Assembly (NCBI GenBank): GCA_902796515.1
Contig: CADBOZ010000122.1
Span: forward strand, 10,924 to 74,923
Origin: an uncultured bacterium
GTDB lineage: Bacteria; Cyanobacteriota; Vampirovibrionia; Gastranaerophilales; Gastranaerophilaceae
DNA length: 64,000 bases
Direction: 5' to 3'
Shown: piece after piece, positions 18,467 to 27,628 of the stretch
Layout of the letters: each line of letters starts with the position of its first letter
Position numbering within the stretch: the stretch's first letter is position 1
Program-made: the position numbers and the translations under genes
Notes under the pieces: generated by a model
The model's input: the letters and a program-made list of their open reading frames with translations, nothing else
Told to the model about the DNA's origin: nothing
Databases searched by the model: none

Positions 18467-19162
18467 ATGTATAAAAAAATATTTTCCGTTTCATTGGCTT
18501 CATTGATGTTGTTTTCGGGTTCAACATTTGCATTTAATATTGAAGACGGAAGCGTTGAGCATTTAAAGTCCGATAAGAGTTCAAAAATTAATCTCGTAAA
18601 AGTCACACCTGCGGGAAATGTAATTCAAAAAGAAAATCATGTTATTGTGAATTTTGCCCAAAATTTTAATTCAAAATACTATAAAACGGGTGATTATGTT
18701 CAATTTAATTTTGATGAAAGCTTGCAAACCGAAGAAGGAACACTTGTTATTCCCTGCGGTTCAACTTTGATTGCTAAAATAACGGAAATTTGTCCGCCGA
18801 AATGGTTTTCAAGAAATGCAAAAGTTTATATGGAGTTTACTCACATTTTACTCCCTGACGGCACTAATTTACCCGTTAGTTTGCAAATGGCAAATAAAGA
18901 GTATTTTCAGGAAGGTGCCAAAGAAACGGCGGGAAAAATCGCAGGATATACACTATCTATCGGTGCAGTAGGTTCGGGACTCGGCGCTGCAATAGGTGTT
19001 GCGGCAGGACATACCATAACAGGGCTTATTATCGGGGGTTCTATAGGCGGCGGTGTCGGACTTGTAACAGGTGTAGTATCACCGGGGCTTCATTATAAAG
19101 CAAGAAAAGGCGAAAAAGTTATTTTAAAATTGAATGATAAATTAAATGTTCCGGCTCAATAA
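18467..19162 (+). CDS. exported protein with a C-terminal glycine-zipper segment
   Basis: 231 aa with a signal peptide. C-terminus GAVGSGLGAAIGVAAGHTITGLIIGGSIGGGVGLVTGVV. Confidence 0.5.
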   Translation: MYKKIFSVSLASLMLFSGSTFAFNIEDGSVEHLKSDKSSKINLVKVTPAGNVIQKENHVIVNFAQNFNSKYYKTGDYVQFNFDESLQTEEGTLVIPCGSTLIAKITEICPPKWFSRNAKVYMEFTHILLPDGTNLPVSLQMANKEYFQEGAKETAGKIAGYTLSIGAVGSGLGAAIGVAAGHTITGLIIGGSIGGGVGLVTGVVSPGLHYKARKGEKVILKLNDKLNVPAQ

Positions 19163-19193
19163 AGTTTTCAAATTATAATCACATGTTGAATTT

Positions 19194-19508
19194 GTGAAAA
19201 TATGTGCTATAATTATAGTAGAAGGTGAGATTGTGTCATTCGATTTTAATCCGAATATAAATTTAACTAACGTACAAGCATCCTCCAAACCGACTGAAGG
19301 CGGCGGCGGTAACACCGGTTATTTCAGGCGCGGAAAGAAAAAAGAGGATGATGACTTGCTTCAATTTGCAAAAGAAACTCCCGCAGACAGTTTTGAAAAA
19401 GTTGAGTTGGAACAGGATGATAGCGAAGACACATTTTTTGATTTAATTGCTAATTTTTTTGATTTTGTTATTAACTTTATAAAAAAACTTTTTAAAAATA
19501 ATAAATAA
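19194..19508 (+). CDS. hypothetical small acidic protein
   Basis: ORF track, 104 aa. A better start may be the GTG after the AAGGTGAG RBS (VSFDFNPNINLT...). The C-terminus is an amphipathic helix. Confidence 0.35.
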   Translation: MKICAIIIVEGEIVSFDFNPNINLTNVQASSKPTEGGGGNTGYFRRGKKKEDDDLLQFAKETPADSFEKVELEQDDSEDTFFDLIANFFDFVINFIKKLFKNNK

Positions 19509-19551
19509 AAACTTTCAAAATTCATAATTTTGATATAATATTTGTTGTGTG

Positions 19552-19574
19552 GTGAATTGAATTCACGGTTTTTT
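19552..19574 (+). terminator. weak rho-independent terminator
   Basis: gtgaat-tga-attcac hairpin followed by ggtttttt. Confidence 0.4.
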
Positions 19575-19578
19575 ATGT

Positions 19579-19602
19579 AAAAAAAAGCCTCTTGTAAGAG
19601 GC
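19579..19602 (-). terminator. rho-independent terminator downstream of the 19634..20863 gene
   Basis: On the minus strand, a gcctct-taca-agaggc hairpin followed by a T8 run (plus strand aaaaaaaagcctcttgtaagaggc). Confidence 0.55.
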
Positions 19603-19633
19603 ATTATTGGTTGAGTATTATATTTAAACTTTT

Positions 19634-20863
19634 TTATATTTTTTGGCTGCTCTTCGTTATTGATTTTTTAAGTCCGATAGCCAAATCTTCTCTTCCTGAT
19701 TGTTCGTATATTTTAGAAACGCTTTCAAGAAATTTCAGCGAGCCTGAATTATCTTTAGTATTTTGTTTTGGCATATAGTTTATTTTTGGTGCGGGTTTCT
19801 GGATGTAAGGTGATACATTCAAAGGTTTTTCCTGTTTTTTCGGACGCGGAGGAATAAAACTTTGCATACTGCCTTTGTTATATGAATTTATGGTATCCAT
19901 TTTAATTACCTGTTGGTCAAGATACGGGTTTTTTTCATTTTTTTTGTATTGGTTCAGAGCAATTGTTTTCTTAAGTGCATCTGTATCCATTGCCTTTGTT
20001 TTAATCGGGTTGTTGTTGTATTTGTTCTTTAAATATTCCTGATATTTATTATGCGCACGCTCCAATTCCGCCTGAGCATTTTTAATCATAGTATTTCTGT
20101 TTGCTATATCGTTGAAATTAATTTCTTTGTGCTGGATTTTTGAAGCAGAATTAGTGTAAATATTGTCTTCAAGACTTCCCTTCTTGTTATTTAAGCCAAT
20201 TAACGGTTCTTGATCCTGTGAAATTTTTGATGTTATTGTTCTTATTGTAATGAACACAAACACAAAAATAGAAGCAACTATTAATATAATTCCCATTGCG
20301 CTTTCTTTAGCTCCCGAAAGAGTTTCCGCAATTAAATGGGTGAAATTAAACGAGTTGTCGTTCCAGTCCTGAATTTCTTCCTGACTTTCAAGGTCGTCGC
20401 TTTCATATCCGGATGTTGACTTGTATTCATTTATCGGGCGATTTATAACAATTTTTTTGGATTGTTTATTTGTATCAAAAAGTGAATTTACAAACACAAG
20501 CTCGGTGTTTTCCACATTTTGACCTTTTACATATATTCTTACTTTGTTTTTATCCATTTGTCTTACTACAACGTTGTCTATGTTTGTTACGTCGTCGTAT
20601 ACGGTTCCCGCATTATCCGCAAGTATTGAGTTCTTTAAGTCAAAATATATGCTTCCGTCCTCATCCATTTCCGCTTTATAATCGACGGTTTTTGTCGAAT
20701 CTATATTTAATTCATATGCATTGGGATTGGTTTTTGATTTTGAAATCACAACCGATGATATAACATTTTCTTCCGCAACAGCGGGCAGCATTGTTATTAT
20801 GGCAAAAATAATAACAACCAATAAATTGAACAATTTTTTTGATAAATTAAATTTAATACTCAT
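19634..20863 (-). CDS. single-pass membrane protein with an N-terminal exported beta-rich domain (AMIN-like?) and a Lys/Asn-rich C-terminal region
   Basis: 409 aa. Signal/anchor LLVVIIFAIITMLPAVA and a mid-protein TM segment MGIILIVASIFVFVFITI. No enzymatic motif. Confidence 0.4.
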   Translation of the reverse strand: MSIKFNLSKKLFNLLVVIIFAIITMLPAVAEENVISSVVISKSKTNPNAYELNIDSTKTVDYKAEMDEDGSIYFDLKNSILADNAGTVYDDVTNIDNVVVRQMDKNKVRIYVKGQNVENTELVFVNSLFDTNKQSKKIVINRPINEYKSTSGYESDDLESQEEIQDWNDNSFNFTHLIAETLSGAKESAMGIILIVASIFVFVFITIRTITSKISQDQEPLIGLNNKKGSLEDNIYTNSASKIQHKEINFNDIANRNTMIKNAQAELERAHNKYQEYLKNKYNNNPIKTKAMDTDALKKTIALNQYKKNEKNPYLDQQVIKMDTINSYNKGSMQSFIPPRPKKQEKPLNVSPYIQKPAPKINYMPKQNTKDNSGSLKFLESVSKIYEQSGREDLAIGLKKSITKSSQKI

Positions 20864-20968
20864 TTATAAAATACTCTCCCATCAAATCGAGTTTATAATT
20901 ATAATTTATAATGTTCGATTTGAACGGGCATTAATCATAGGGATAATTTAGAGCTTAATTTTCTAGAT

Positions 20969-21442
20969 CTAAAGATTGATTTTTTTAATTACGTTGCTCA
21001 TTTCAATTGCCGCTTTAGCACATTCGGAACCTTTGTTTCCGGCTTTTGTTCCGGCTCTTTCAATTGCCTGCTCGATTGTATCGGTTGTGAGCACGCCAAA
21101 TAAAACGGGAATACCGGAATTTAGCGAAACGGAAGCAATTCCTTTTGAAAGTTCAGCGCAAACATAATCATAATGTGATGTAGAGCCTTTAATAATTGCT
21201 CCGAGCGCAACAATTGCATTATATTTTTTTGATTCCGCAGTATATTTTGCTATCAGAGGAATTTCAAAAGCACCGGGAGTCCAAACCACATCAATATTTT
21301 CTTCCTTTACACCGGAACGTTTAAATGTATCAACAGCACCTTCTAAGAGTTTTGAGCCGATAAAATCGTTAAATCTTGATATGACAATACAATATTTATC
21401 GTTTTCCGATGCGGTGAGTTTACCTTCAAAAGTATTTACCAT
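20969..21442 (-). CDS. ribH: 6,7-dimethyl-8-ribityllumazine synthase
   Basis: 157 aa. ...[29 protein letters not shown]...[15 protein letters not shown]...[16 protein letters not shown]... Confidence 0.93.
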   Translation of the reverse strand: MVNTFEGKLTASENDKYCIVISRFNDFIGSKLLEGAVDTFKRSGVKEENIDVVWTPGAFEIPLIAKYTAESKKYNAIVALGAIIKGSTSHYDYVCAELSKGIASVSLNSGIPVLFGVLTTDTIEQAIERAGTKAGNKGSECAKAAIEMSNVIKKINL

Positions 21443-21507
21443 GGTTTTCTCCTTTTAGAATTAAGATATCATAAAAAAATAAAATAAAAAATATTTTTTT
21501 TCATGTG

Positions 21508-21536
21508 TTGACAGAGTCGGTTTTACATGGTAAAAT
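21508..21536 (+). promoter_or_regulatory. near-consensus sigma-70 promoter (TTGACA, about 17 bp spacer ending TGg, then TAAAAT)
   Basis: gTTGACAgagtcggttttacaTGgTAAAATgg read directly. Lies about 170 nt upstream of the 21709 CDS. Confidence 0.6.
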
Positions 21537-21708
21537 GGAAAAAATTTGAGAAATCGGTAAACACATTTTGTGTTAGACAGAGAACAAAACGAGAGTATTA
21601 AGTTTTAAGCGTAGGTTTGATTTTTTTTTGACCAAATCAGGGCGAGTACGTAAATTAAATATTGTCTGAGGCATAAGCTAAAGGACTTGATTATCTTGTG
21701 AAGAAAGT

Positions 21709-22089
21709 GTGAAGATTATGAATGTAACAAAAGTTCAAACTGCACAACCGAATAATAATGTATACAAGCACACTGCCGTGGCTTCAGTTGCGGGTGCACT
21801 TGCAGGTGCCGGTGCCAGATATATTGTGCCGACACAAAAAGAACTTTCTTCAATTATAAATAAAGACGCGGTCGACACCTTTACAAGTTCTGCTGCAACT
21901 TCGCTTCGCGGTTCAAACCGTTCTATATTAAAGTATGCGGGAGTTGGTGCACTTGTAGCTGCAGGCTTGACTCTGCTTTCAAAGATTTTCCCCGCTAAAA
22001 AAAATATAGATAATTCTGATTATTCAAAAATGGGCGCTTTATTGGATGCTCCGGACTATGCTGTTGAAATAATGTGGTACGGCGAATAG
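21709..22089 (+). CDS. hypothetical small membrane protein
   Basis: 126 aa with two Ala/Gly-rich hydrophobic segments (VASVAGALAGAGA; YAGVGALVAAGLTLL). The start may be the ATG at 21718. Confidence 0.45.
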   Translation: MKIMNVTKVQTAQPNNNVYKHTAVASVAGALAGAGARYIVPTQKELSSIINKDAVDTFTSSAATSLRGSNRSILKYAGVGALVAAGLTLLSKIFPAKKNIDNSDYSKMGALLDAPDYAVEIMWYGE

Positions 22090-22104
22090 TTTTAAAATCC
22101 AAAA

Positions 22105-23412
22105 TTACATTTTAGCCAGATTAATCAGCTCATTTTTTGTTACTTCAAAATCGGAAGCATCGTCCATTGCCTGAATTAAATATGCTTCAATTTTATCGTG
22201 CATGGTTATGGCTTTATCGACACTCGGGTCGGTTCCCTTCGCATACGCTCCGATATTGATTAAATCTTCGTTTTTAGCATAGTTAGCCATAAGATTTCTG
22301 ATTTTTCCCGCGGCATTTTTATGTTCGCTGTCCACAATATTGTTCATAACACGTGATATACTTGCCAGTACATCAATCGCGGGATAGTGGTTTTTATGTG
22401 CAAGCGCTCTTGAAAGTACTATATGACCGTCTAAAATGCTTCTTGCGGCATCGGCTATCGGTTCGTTCATATCGTCGCCTTCAACAAGAACAGTGTACAG
22501 TCCTGTTATTGTGCCGTATTTGTTTGCACCCGCTCTTTCAAGAAACTTAGGAAGAAGTGCAAAAACGGAAGGAGTGTAGCCTCTGGTAGCGGGAGGTTCT
22601 CCTACTGCAAGCCCTACTTCTCTTTGTGCCAGTGCAATACGTGTGACGCTATCCAGCATGAAAAGAACATTCTTGCCTTTATCTCTAAAGTATTCGGCTA
22701 TAGCACAGGCTACAAACGATGCTTTTATTTTTACAAGTGCGGGCTGCTCCGAAGTTGCGCAAACTACAACGGATTTTTTCATTCCGCTTTCCTGCATTGT
22801 GTTTTCTATAAATTCTCTTACTTCTCTTCCGCGTTCACCGATTAGGGCAATGACATTAATCTCGGCTTCCGTGTTTTTAGCTATCATTGCAAGAGTTGTT
22901 GACTTTCCGACGCCCGAACCGGCAAAAATACCGACCCTCTGCCCTTTTCCTATGGTATTTAATCCGTCTATTGCTCTTAAACCAAGGCTTAAAGGTTCAT
23001 CTATCGGGTGTCTTTCCATCGGATTAATAATTTTTGCATTGGTAGGATAATATTCATCTGCGGTTATATCACCCTTTCCGTCGATAGGGTTGCCGAGCCC
23101 GTCTAACACTCTTCCTAACAGCATATCCGAAACCTTGACCTTCATAGAGGTTCCGGTGTTAACAACTTTTGCTCCCGCGCACAATCCTTCCATTGACCCG
23201 AGAGGCATTAAAAGTACTCTGTCTTCTCTAAAGCCGACTACTTCCGCGTAAATTATTTCTTTTGAATTTTCCTGAATAATGTGGCATAAATCACCTATTG
23301 AAGAAATCGGGCCGTCGGAAACTATTGTTAAACCGATAATTTCAATAATTTTTCCGATTTTCTTAATGGTGTTTGAATTTTGTATTACTTCATTCAGCTG
23401 CTTCAGGTTCAT
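22105..23412 (-). CDS. fliI: flagellar export ATPase FliI
   Basis: 435 aa. Walker A GSGVGKST, plus ...RVSLLMRR-like/F1-ATPase-beta-like blocks (LLMPLGSMEGL, FMLDSVTRIALAQREV). Confidence 0.93.
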   Translation of the reverse strand: MNLKQLNEVIQNSNTIKKIGKIIEIIGLTIVSDGPISSIGDLCHIIQENSKEIIYAEVVGFREDRVLLMPLGSMEGLCAGAKVVNTGTSMKVKVSDMLLGRVLDGLGNPIDGKGDITADEYYPTNAKIINPMERHPIDEPLSLGLRAIDGLNTIGKGQRVGIFAGSGVGKSTTLAMIAKNTEAEINVIALIGERGREVREFIENTMQESGMKKSVVVCATSEQPALVKIKASFVACAIAEYFRDKGKNVLFMLDSVTRIALAQREVGLAVGEPPATRGYTPSVFALLPKFLERAGANKYGTITGLYTVLVEGDDMNEPIADAARSILDGHIVLSRALAHKNHYPAIDVLASISRVMNNIVDSEHKNAAGKIRNLMANYAKNEDLINIGAYAKGTDPSVDKAITMHDKIEAYLIQAMDDASDFEVTKNELINLAKM

Positions 23413-24343
23413 TTTTAGTCTTATCCGTATCTTTATCCTGAATTTTATCTAAGTCATCCAGTTTTCCGTTTTGAGTATTTTCAAATATATCTCTTATTAT
23501 AACATCCATTTGAGCATTAATCGAGGCATCAAATCGCTCCGAAGGATTTTCTATGATAATTGTATCTTCGTCAAATTTGGGATTATAAATTATGTTAAAA
23601 CCCTTGTATTGCTTAAAATTTTCAAATTTTAATTCAGTTTCTTCGCCAAGAGTATTCGTATTTAGGCCGTAAAGAAGTTTTGCATATTTTTCACTTACGA
23701 TGATGTTTATGTCTTCCTTTTTTTCAAGCAGTGAAATTGTGTTTGTGATTATTTTATCTATACTTTCGGCTGAAACTTCTTTTAAAAGAATTTTCTTTGA
23801 AATATTGGTTATAATATCTATAATATCTTTGGATGCGGATTTTAGGATTTTATTTTTTATATCTGATTGAGTGCTGCAAAAATTTTCAAAATCTTTGATT
23901 TTTTCCTCAAATTCCTCTTTAATTTTTTGTAAACCGTCATCATAACCGGCTTTATATCCTTCTTTAGCGGAGGATGTTATTTGTTTTTCAAGCTCGGCTT
24001 TAGAATTTTCAAGAAGCTCAAGTGACTGTTTGTTGGCATTTTCAACTATTTCTTCGGCTTCCGTCTTTGCTTTTGCGCTTATTTCGTTTTTGATTTCTTC
24101 GGCTTTTGCATTTGCTTCGTTTATAATTCGTTCTTTTTCCTGATTTGCTTTCTGAAGTATTTCTTCCGCTTCGCTTTTTGCTTTTTTTATTTCTTCTTTT
24201 TGCTCATCGAAATTATTTTCAATTTCAAATTCCTTGTCGGGATTTTCGGGTAATTTAAAATTATTTTCTTCATTTTCGTCACTAATCTCAACAAGGAAGT
24301 CATTGCTCTTAAATTTAATTTTTTCGGGATTTATTTTACTCAA
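23390..24343 (-). CDS. fliH: flagellar assembly protein FliH (long coiled-coil N-terminal region)
   Basis: 317 aa. Lies between fliG and fliI and overlaps both. Has an ATP-synthase-b-like Lys/Glu/Ala coiled coil followed by a C-terminal globular domain. Confidence 0.7.
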   Translation of the reverse strand: MSKINPEKIKFKSNDFLVEISDENEENNFKLPENPDKEFEIENNFDEQKEEIKKAKSEAEEILQKANQEKERIINEANAKAEEIKNEISAKAKTEAEEIVENANKQSLELLENSKAELEKQITSSAKEGYKAGYDDGLQKIKEEFEEKIKDFENFCSTQSDIKNKILKSASKDIIDIITNISKKILLKEVSAESIDKIITNTISLLEKKEDINIIVSEKYAKLLYGLNTNTLGEETELKFENFKQYKGFNIIYNPKFDEDTIIIENPSERFDASINAQMDVIIRDIFENTQNGKLDDLDKIQDKDTDKTKNEPEAAE

Positions 24344-25358
24344 TTAACTCATCCTCTTGACTGTCACGGTATATTGTTATTTCACCTACGGCTTCAAGTG
24401 CTTTAATTACACCTACTATCTTAGATTGCGCCTTTTGAACTTCTTTTGTTCTGACAGGTCCCATATATTCTATTTCTTCAAGCAGCATTCCCTGAGCACG
24501 TTCCGAAAGGTTTTTAAGAATTTTATCTTTAACTTCATCTTTTGCACCTTTAAGTGACGTTGCAAGATCCCTTGTATCTACTTCTCTTAATACTCTTTGG
24601 ATTGAAGAGTCGTCAAGCTGAATTATATCTTCGAATACAAACATTAAGCTTCTTACGTCTTCCGCTAATTCCGGTATTTCTACTTCCATTGTTTCTATAA
24701 CGTTCTTTTCCGTTGATCTGTCCGTGCTGTTTAAGATGCTTGCAAGTGCTTTTGTGCCGCCTGCTTTTGAAAAATCCGAAGCAACGACATTTGAAAATTT
24801 GGATTCCACAATTTTTTCGACTTCGGATATAATTTCGGGATTTGTTGTTTCCATCTGTGCAATTTTAAGCGCAACTTTGTATTGAATATTAGGTGCAAGA
24901 TAATTTAATACCTTTGCCGATTGTTCCGGTTTTAAATATGCAAGTATCAGTGCTATTAATTGCGGATTTTCATTCTGGAATGAAGTTGCAAGCTGGGCGG
25001 GGTCGGCTTCGTTAAAAAATTGGAACGGATTTGAATTTAAAATTGTAACCAACCTGTTTAAAATATCATTTGCTTCATTTGCGCCGTAAGCTTTTTCTAA
25101 AAGTTCTTTTGCATATGTCATACCGCCTGCGGCAAGCATTGTAGAGGCTTGAAATACCGCATGAAATTCATCAACAATAGCTTCAATCACTTCTTGAGGC
25201 AATTTACTCATTCCTGCGATTTCTATTGTTATTTGTTCAAGGGCTGCGGTATCTTCAATATTTTTCATAATCTCGGAAGCGGTGCTTGGCCCCAGAGTTA
25301 TAAGTAATGCAGCAACCTTTTGTGTAGGTGTCATTTGTTCGGTACGAATATTTGCCAT
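24336..25358 (-). CDS. fliG: flagellar motor switch protein FliG
   Basis: 340 aa. ...KVAALLITLGPSTASEIMK..., MFVFEDI, ...LKNLSERAQGMLLEEIEYMGPVR... Confidence 0.93.
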   Translation of the reverse strand: MANIRTEQMTPTQKVAALLITLGPSTASEIMKNIEDTAALEQITIEIAGMSKLPQEVIEAIVDEFHAVFQASTMLAAGGMTYAKELLEKAYGANEANDILNRLVTILNSNPFQFFNEADPAQLATSFQNENPQLIALILAYLKPEQSAKVLNYLAPNIQYKVALKIAQMETTNPEIISEVEKIVESKFSNVVASDFSKAGGTKALASILNSTDRSTEKNVIETMEVEIPELAEDVRSLMFVFEDIIQLDDSSIQRVLREVDTRDLATSLKGAKDEVKDKILKNLSERAQGMLLEEIEYMGPVRTKEVQKAQSKIVGVIKALEAVGEITIYRDSQEDELIE

Positions 25359-25367
25359 TTATCAGTT

Positions 25368-27140
25368 TTATTCCTTTATATATGAAGTTAGTATTCTTGC
25401 GGCTTCTTCAGGATTGCCGAGAATTGTGTTTATAATTTCACTTTTCTTTTTGTCAACAACGGATGTAAATTGTATATCCTGTTGATAAAAATCATCATGA
25501 TTTGTCTGATTTTGTTGAAGAGCAATATACGGGTCAAAGGTCGGAAGAGCTTCCTGTTCTTCTTCTTCGCTTTCTTTTCTTTCCTCTTCGGGTTTAAGAG
25601 CTTTAAAGATGCTTCCGAAATTATTAAGTGCCATAATTCCGAGGAACAGCACGAGAAGTACCGGAGAAACATTTTTAAATATAAATGCCAGAACATCCAT
25701 AATGAATTCCTGCTGACGTTCTTTATCCTGTCTTACGGCTTCTTCTTTGTCTATGCCCGTGAACTTCAAGCTTGATACATTAACTACATCACCTCTTGAA
25801 AAATCCATACCCGCTGCCGCTTGAACAAGATTTTTAATTTCAGCTTTTTCTTCCTCGGTTAAAATCTTATTAACCGCAACGGCAACGCTCATTCTTACAA
25901 CGGAACCGGGTGCATATACAACCTGTTTTACTTCTTTTGTAACGGCGTAAGTTGTAGCCTGTTTTTCTTTTTCATAGCTTAATTTACGAACATCGTTATC
26001 ATTTTTCGGATATTTATCTTTATCTATATAGTTTGTTGTTTTGGCAGGTGTTTCGTTTAATGTCATTGCCGTAACATTTTGAGGTTCAACAATTCCCTGC
26101 TGCTGAACCGTTTCTTCGTCGGAATTTTGTTGTTCGGCAAGAGTGTTCATTTCATTTTGCGCATTTGTTTGTGCCTGTGTAACTTCGGGCTGTTTTCCGC
26201 CTGTTGTTGATGATGCATTGGACGGCAAGTCTTTCGGATTTGAATAAACTTCTTTTTCTCCCTGCTTTGTTAAAACAACGCCCGCATCCGAATCTTTATT
26301 CGGGGTATAGCTTTCAATAGTGGAGCGTGTTTGATTGAAATCCATAACCGTTGAAACCTGAACCGAAACATTATCTTTTCCCATTATTGTTTCAAGTGTG
26401 TCTTTTATTTTTTTTGCGGCTTCTTTTTCAAAATTGGTTCTGTAGGTTTGCATATCGGTTGAATTTTTAGAAACATCATCCGATAAAACATTTCCGAATT
26501 GATCCGTTATAAATACCCTGTCGTTGGTAAGACGCGGGATTGAATATGCTACAAGATTTTTAATTGCAAGAATTTGGTTTGCTTTTAACTTGACTCCGGC
26601 ATCCAAAATCAATACAACACTTGCCGAAGGTTCTTCATCTTCATCCGAGAAAATTGACCTTTCGGGTTCGGCAAGCTGTACTCTTGCTTTCGAAATTCCC
26701 TGAATTTTTTCAATCGAGCGCGTAAGTTCACCCTGAAAAATTCTTTGTTTGGTCAGTTTGTTTTTAAAATCTGTAGAGCCCATTTGCAGTTCATCAAGAA
26801 GTTCAAAACCGCCGGATGTATCTTTAATTAAGTCATTTTCGGCAACAAACATTCTCAAAGTTTCTTTATCTTGATTTTTAACAAGAATTCCGGTCTTGTC
26901 TTCCGTTAATTTATACGCATAACCGCTTTTTTTCAAACTTTCCGTTATTGCCGCCACATCCTGTTTTGATAAATCCGAATACAAAACAGTCCAATTCGGT
27001 TCGGTTGCCTTAAAAATAAAGAATACGCCGACAACAATCATTGCAACAACGAGAGCTGCAATTGAGAACTTCTGGTTTATATCAAGCTTATTCCAGAGGT
27101 TTTTAATATCTTCTATTATTAATTTTATATGTTCATTCAC
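25368..27140 (-). CDS. fliF: flagellar MS-ring protein FliF
   Basis: 590 aa. N-terminal TM, then ...LYSDLSKQDVAAITESLKKSGYAYKL..., ARVQLAEPERSIF and a second TM near the C-terminus. Has a Gln/Thr/Asn-rich insert mid-protein. Confidence 0.9.
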   Translation of the reverse strand: MNEHIKLIIEDIKNLWNKLDINQKFSIAALVVAMIVVGVFFIFKATEPNWTVLYSDLSKQDVAAITESLKKSGYAYKLTEDKTGILVKNQDKETLRMFVAENDLIKDTSGGFELLDELQMGSTDFKNKLTKQRIFQGELTRSIEKIQGISKARVQLAEPERSIFSDEDEEPSASVVLILDAGVKLKANQILAIKNLVAYSIPRLTNDRVFITDQFGNVLSDDVSKNSTDMQTYRTNFEKEAAKKIKDTLETIMGKDNVSVQVSTVMDFNQTRSTIESYTPNKDSDAGVVLTKQGEKEVYSNPKDLPSNASSTTGGKQPEVTQAQTNAQNEMNTLAEQQNSDEETVQQQGIVEPQNVTAMTLNETPAKTTNYIDKDKYPKNDNDVRKLSYEKEKQATTYAVTKEVKQVVYAPGSVVRMSVAVAVNKILTEEEKAEIKNLVQAAAGMDFSRGDVVNVSSLKFTGIDKEEAVRQDKERQQEFIMDVLAFIFKNVSPVLLVLFLGIMALNNFGSIFKALKPEEERKESEEEEQEALPTFDPYIALQQNQTNHDDFYQQDIQFTSVVDKKKSEIINTILGNPEEAARILTSYIKE

Positions 27141-27355
27141 TGTTTTTTTCCGTAAATTTTACTAATTACTATCCGGTGTATAATCCTTCCCAATAATATA
27201 ATATATCACTTGTTGCTAATTTCAATATTGTTAAGAGTTTGTAAAATAATGTTGCGGGATTAATTTCATATAAAATTAATTGTATAGTAAAATAAATATA
27301 TAAAGTTTGAAATTTAACAAGGGCTTAATATTTACACAATATAAGGAATTAAATT

Positions 27356-27628
27356 ATGGAAAATAACACTGAAAAAGTTTCGGTAAAAGTTTGCATGGGT
27401 ACAACCTGCTTTGTTATGGGCGGTGGTAATTTGCAAGAGTTAAATGAAATTATTCCGAAGAAATACGGAGATAAAGTGGAGATATTACCCGTGAATTGCC
27501 TCGGATTATGTTCGATTAACTGGGAATATTCAAAAGCTCCTTATGTTAAAGTGGATGATGAAGTTGTTAATGAAGCAACGGTTGAAAGAGTTATTGAAGC
27601 AATAGATAAAAGACTGGGTATTAACTGA
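27356..27628 (+). CDS. thioredoxin-like [2Fe-2S] ferredoxin (NuoE/HndA-type domain)
   Basis: 90 aa. Cys pattern CMGTTC...(29 aa)...CLGLC, i.e. Cx4C-x29-Cx3C. Its stop overlaps the hydrogenase start (TGATG). Confidence 0.65.
   Translation: MENNTEKVSVKVCMGTTCFVMGGGNLQELNEIIPKKYGDKVEILPVNCLGLCSINWEYSKAPYVKVDDEVVNEATVERVIEAIDKRLGIN

Noticed and set aside
21443-21507. Possible FMN riboswitch upstream of ribH (minus strand)
   Set aside because: The ribH 5' region is only about 60-70 nt of A/T-rich sequence before the divergent promoter. None of the conserved FMN-element blocks are visible on the minus strand.
22643-23050. 135-aa plus-strand ORF antisense to fliI (and the overlapping 22624..22845 ORF)
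   Set aside because: It sits inside the highly conserved fliI ATPase core. Shadow ORFs of this kind are typical opposite strongly biased coding frames. No independent signal supports it.
25430-25775. 88-aa (minus) and 101-aa (plus) ORFs overlapping the fliF 3' region
   Set aside because: They are alternative-frame or antisense ORFs within the Glu/Lys-rich C-terminal part of fliF and are low-complexity.
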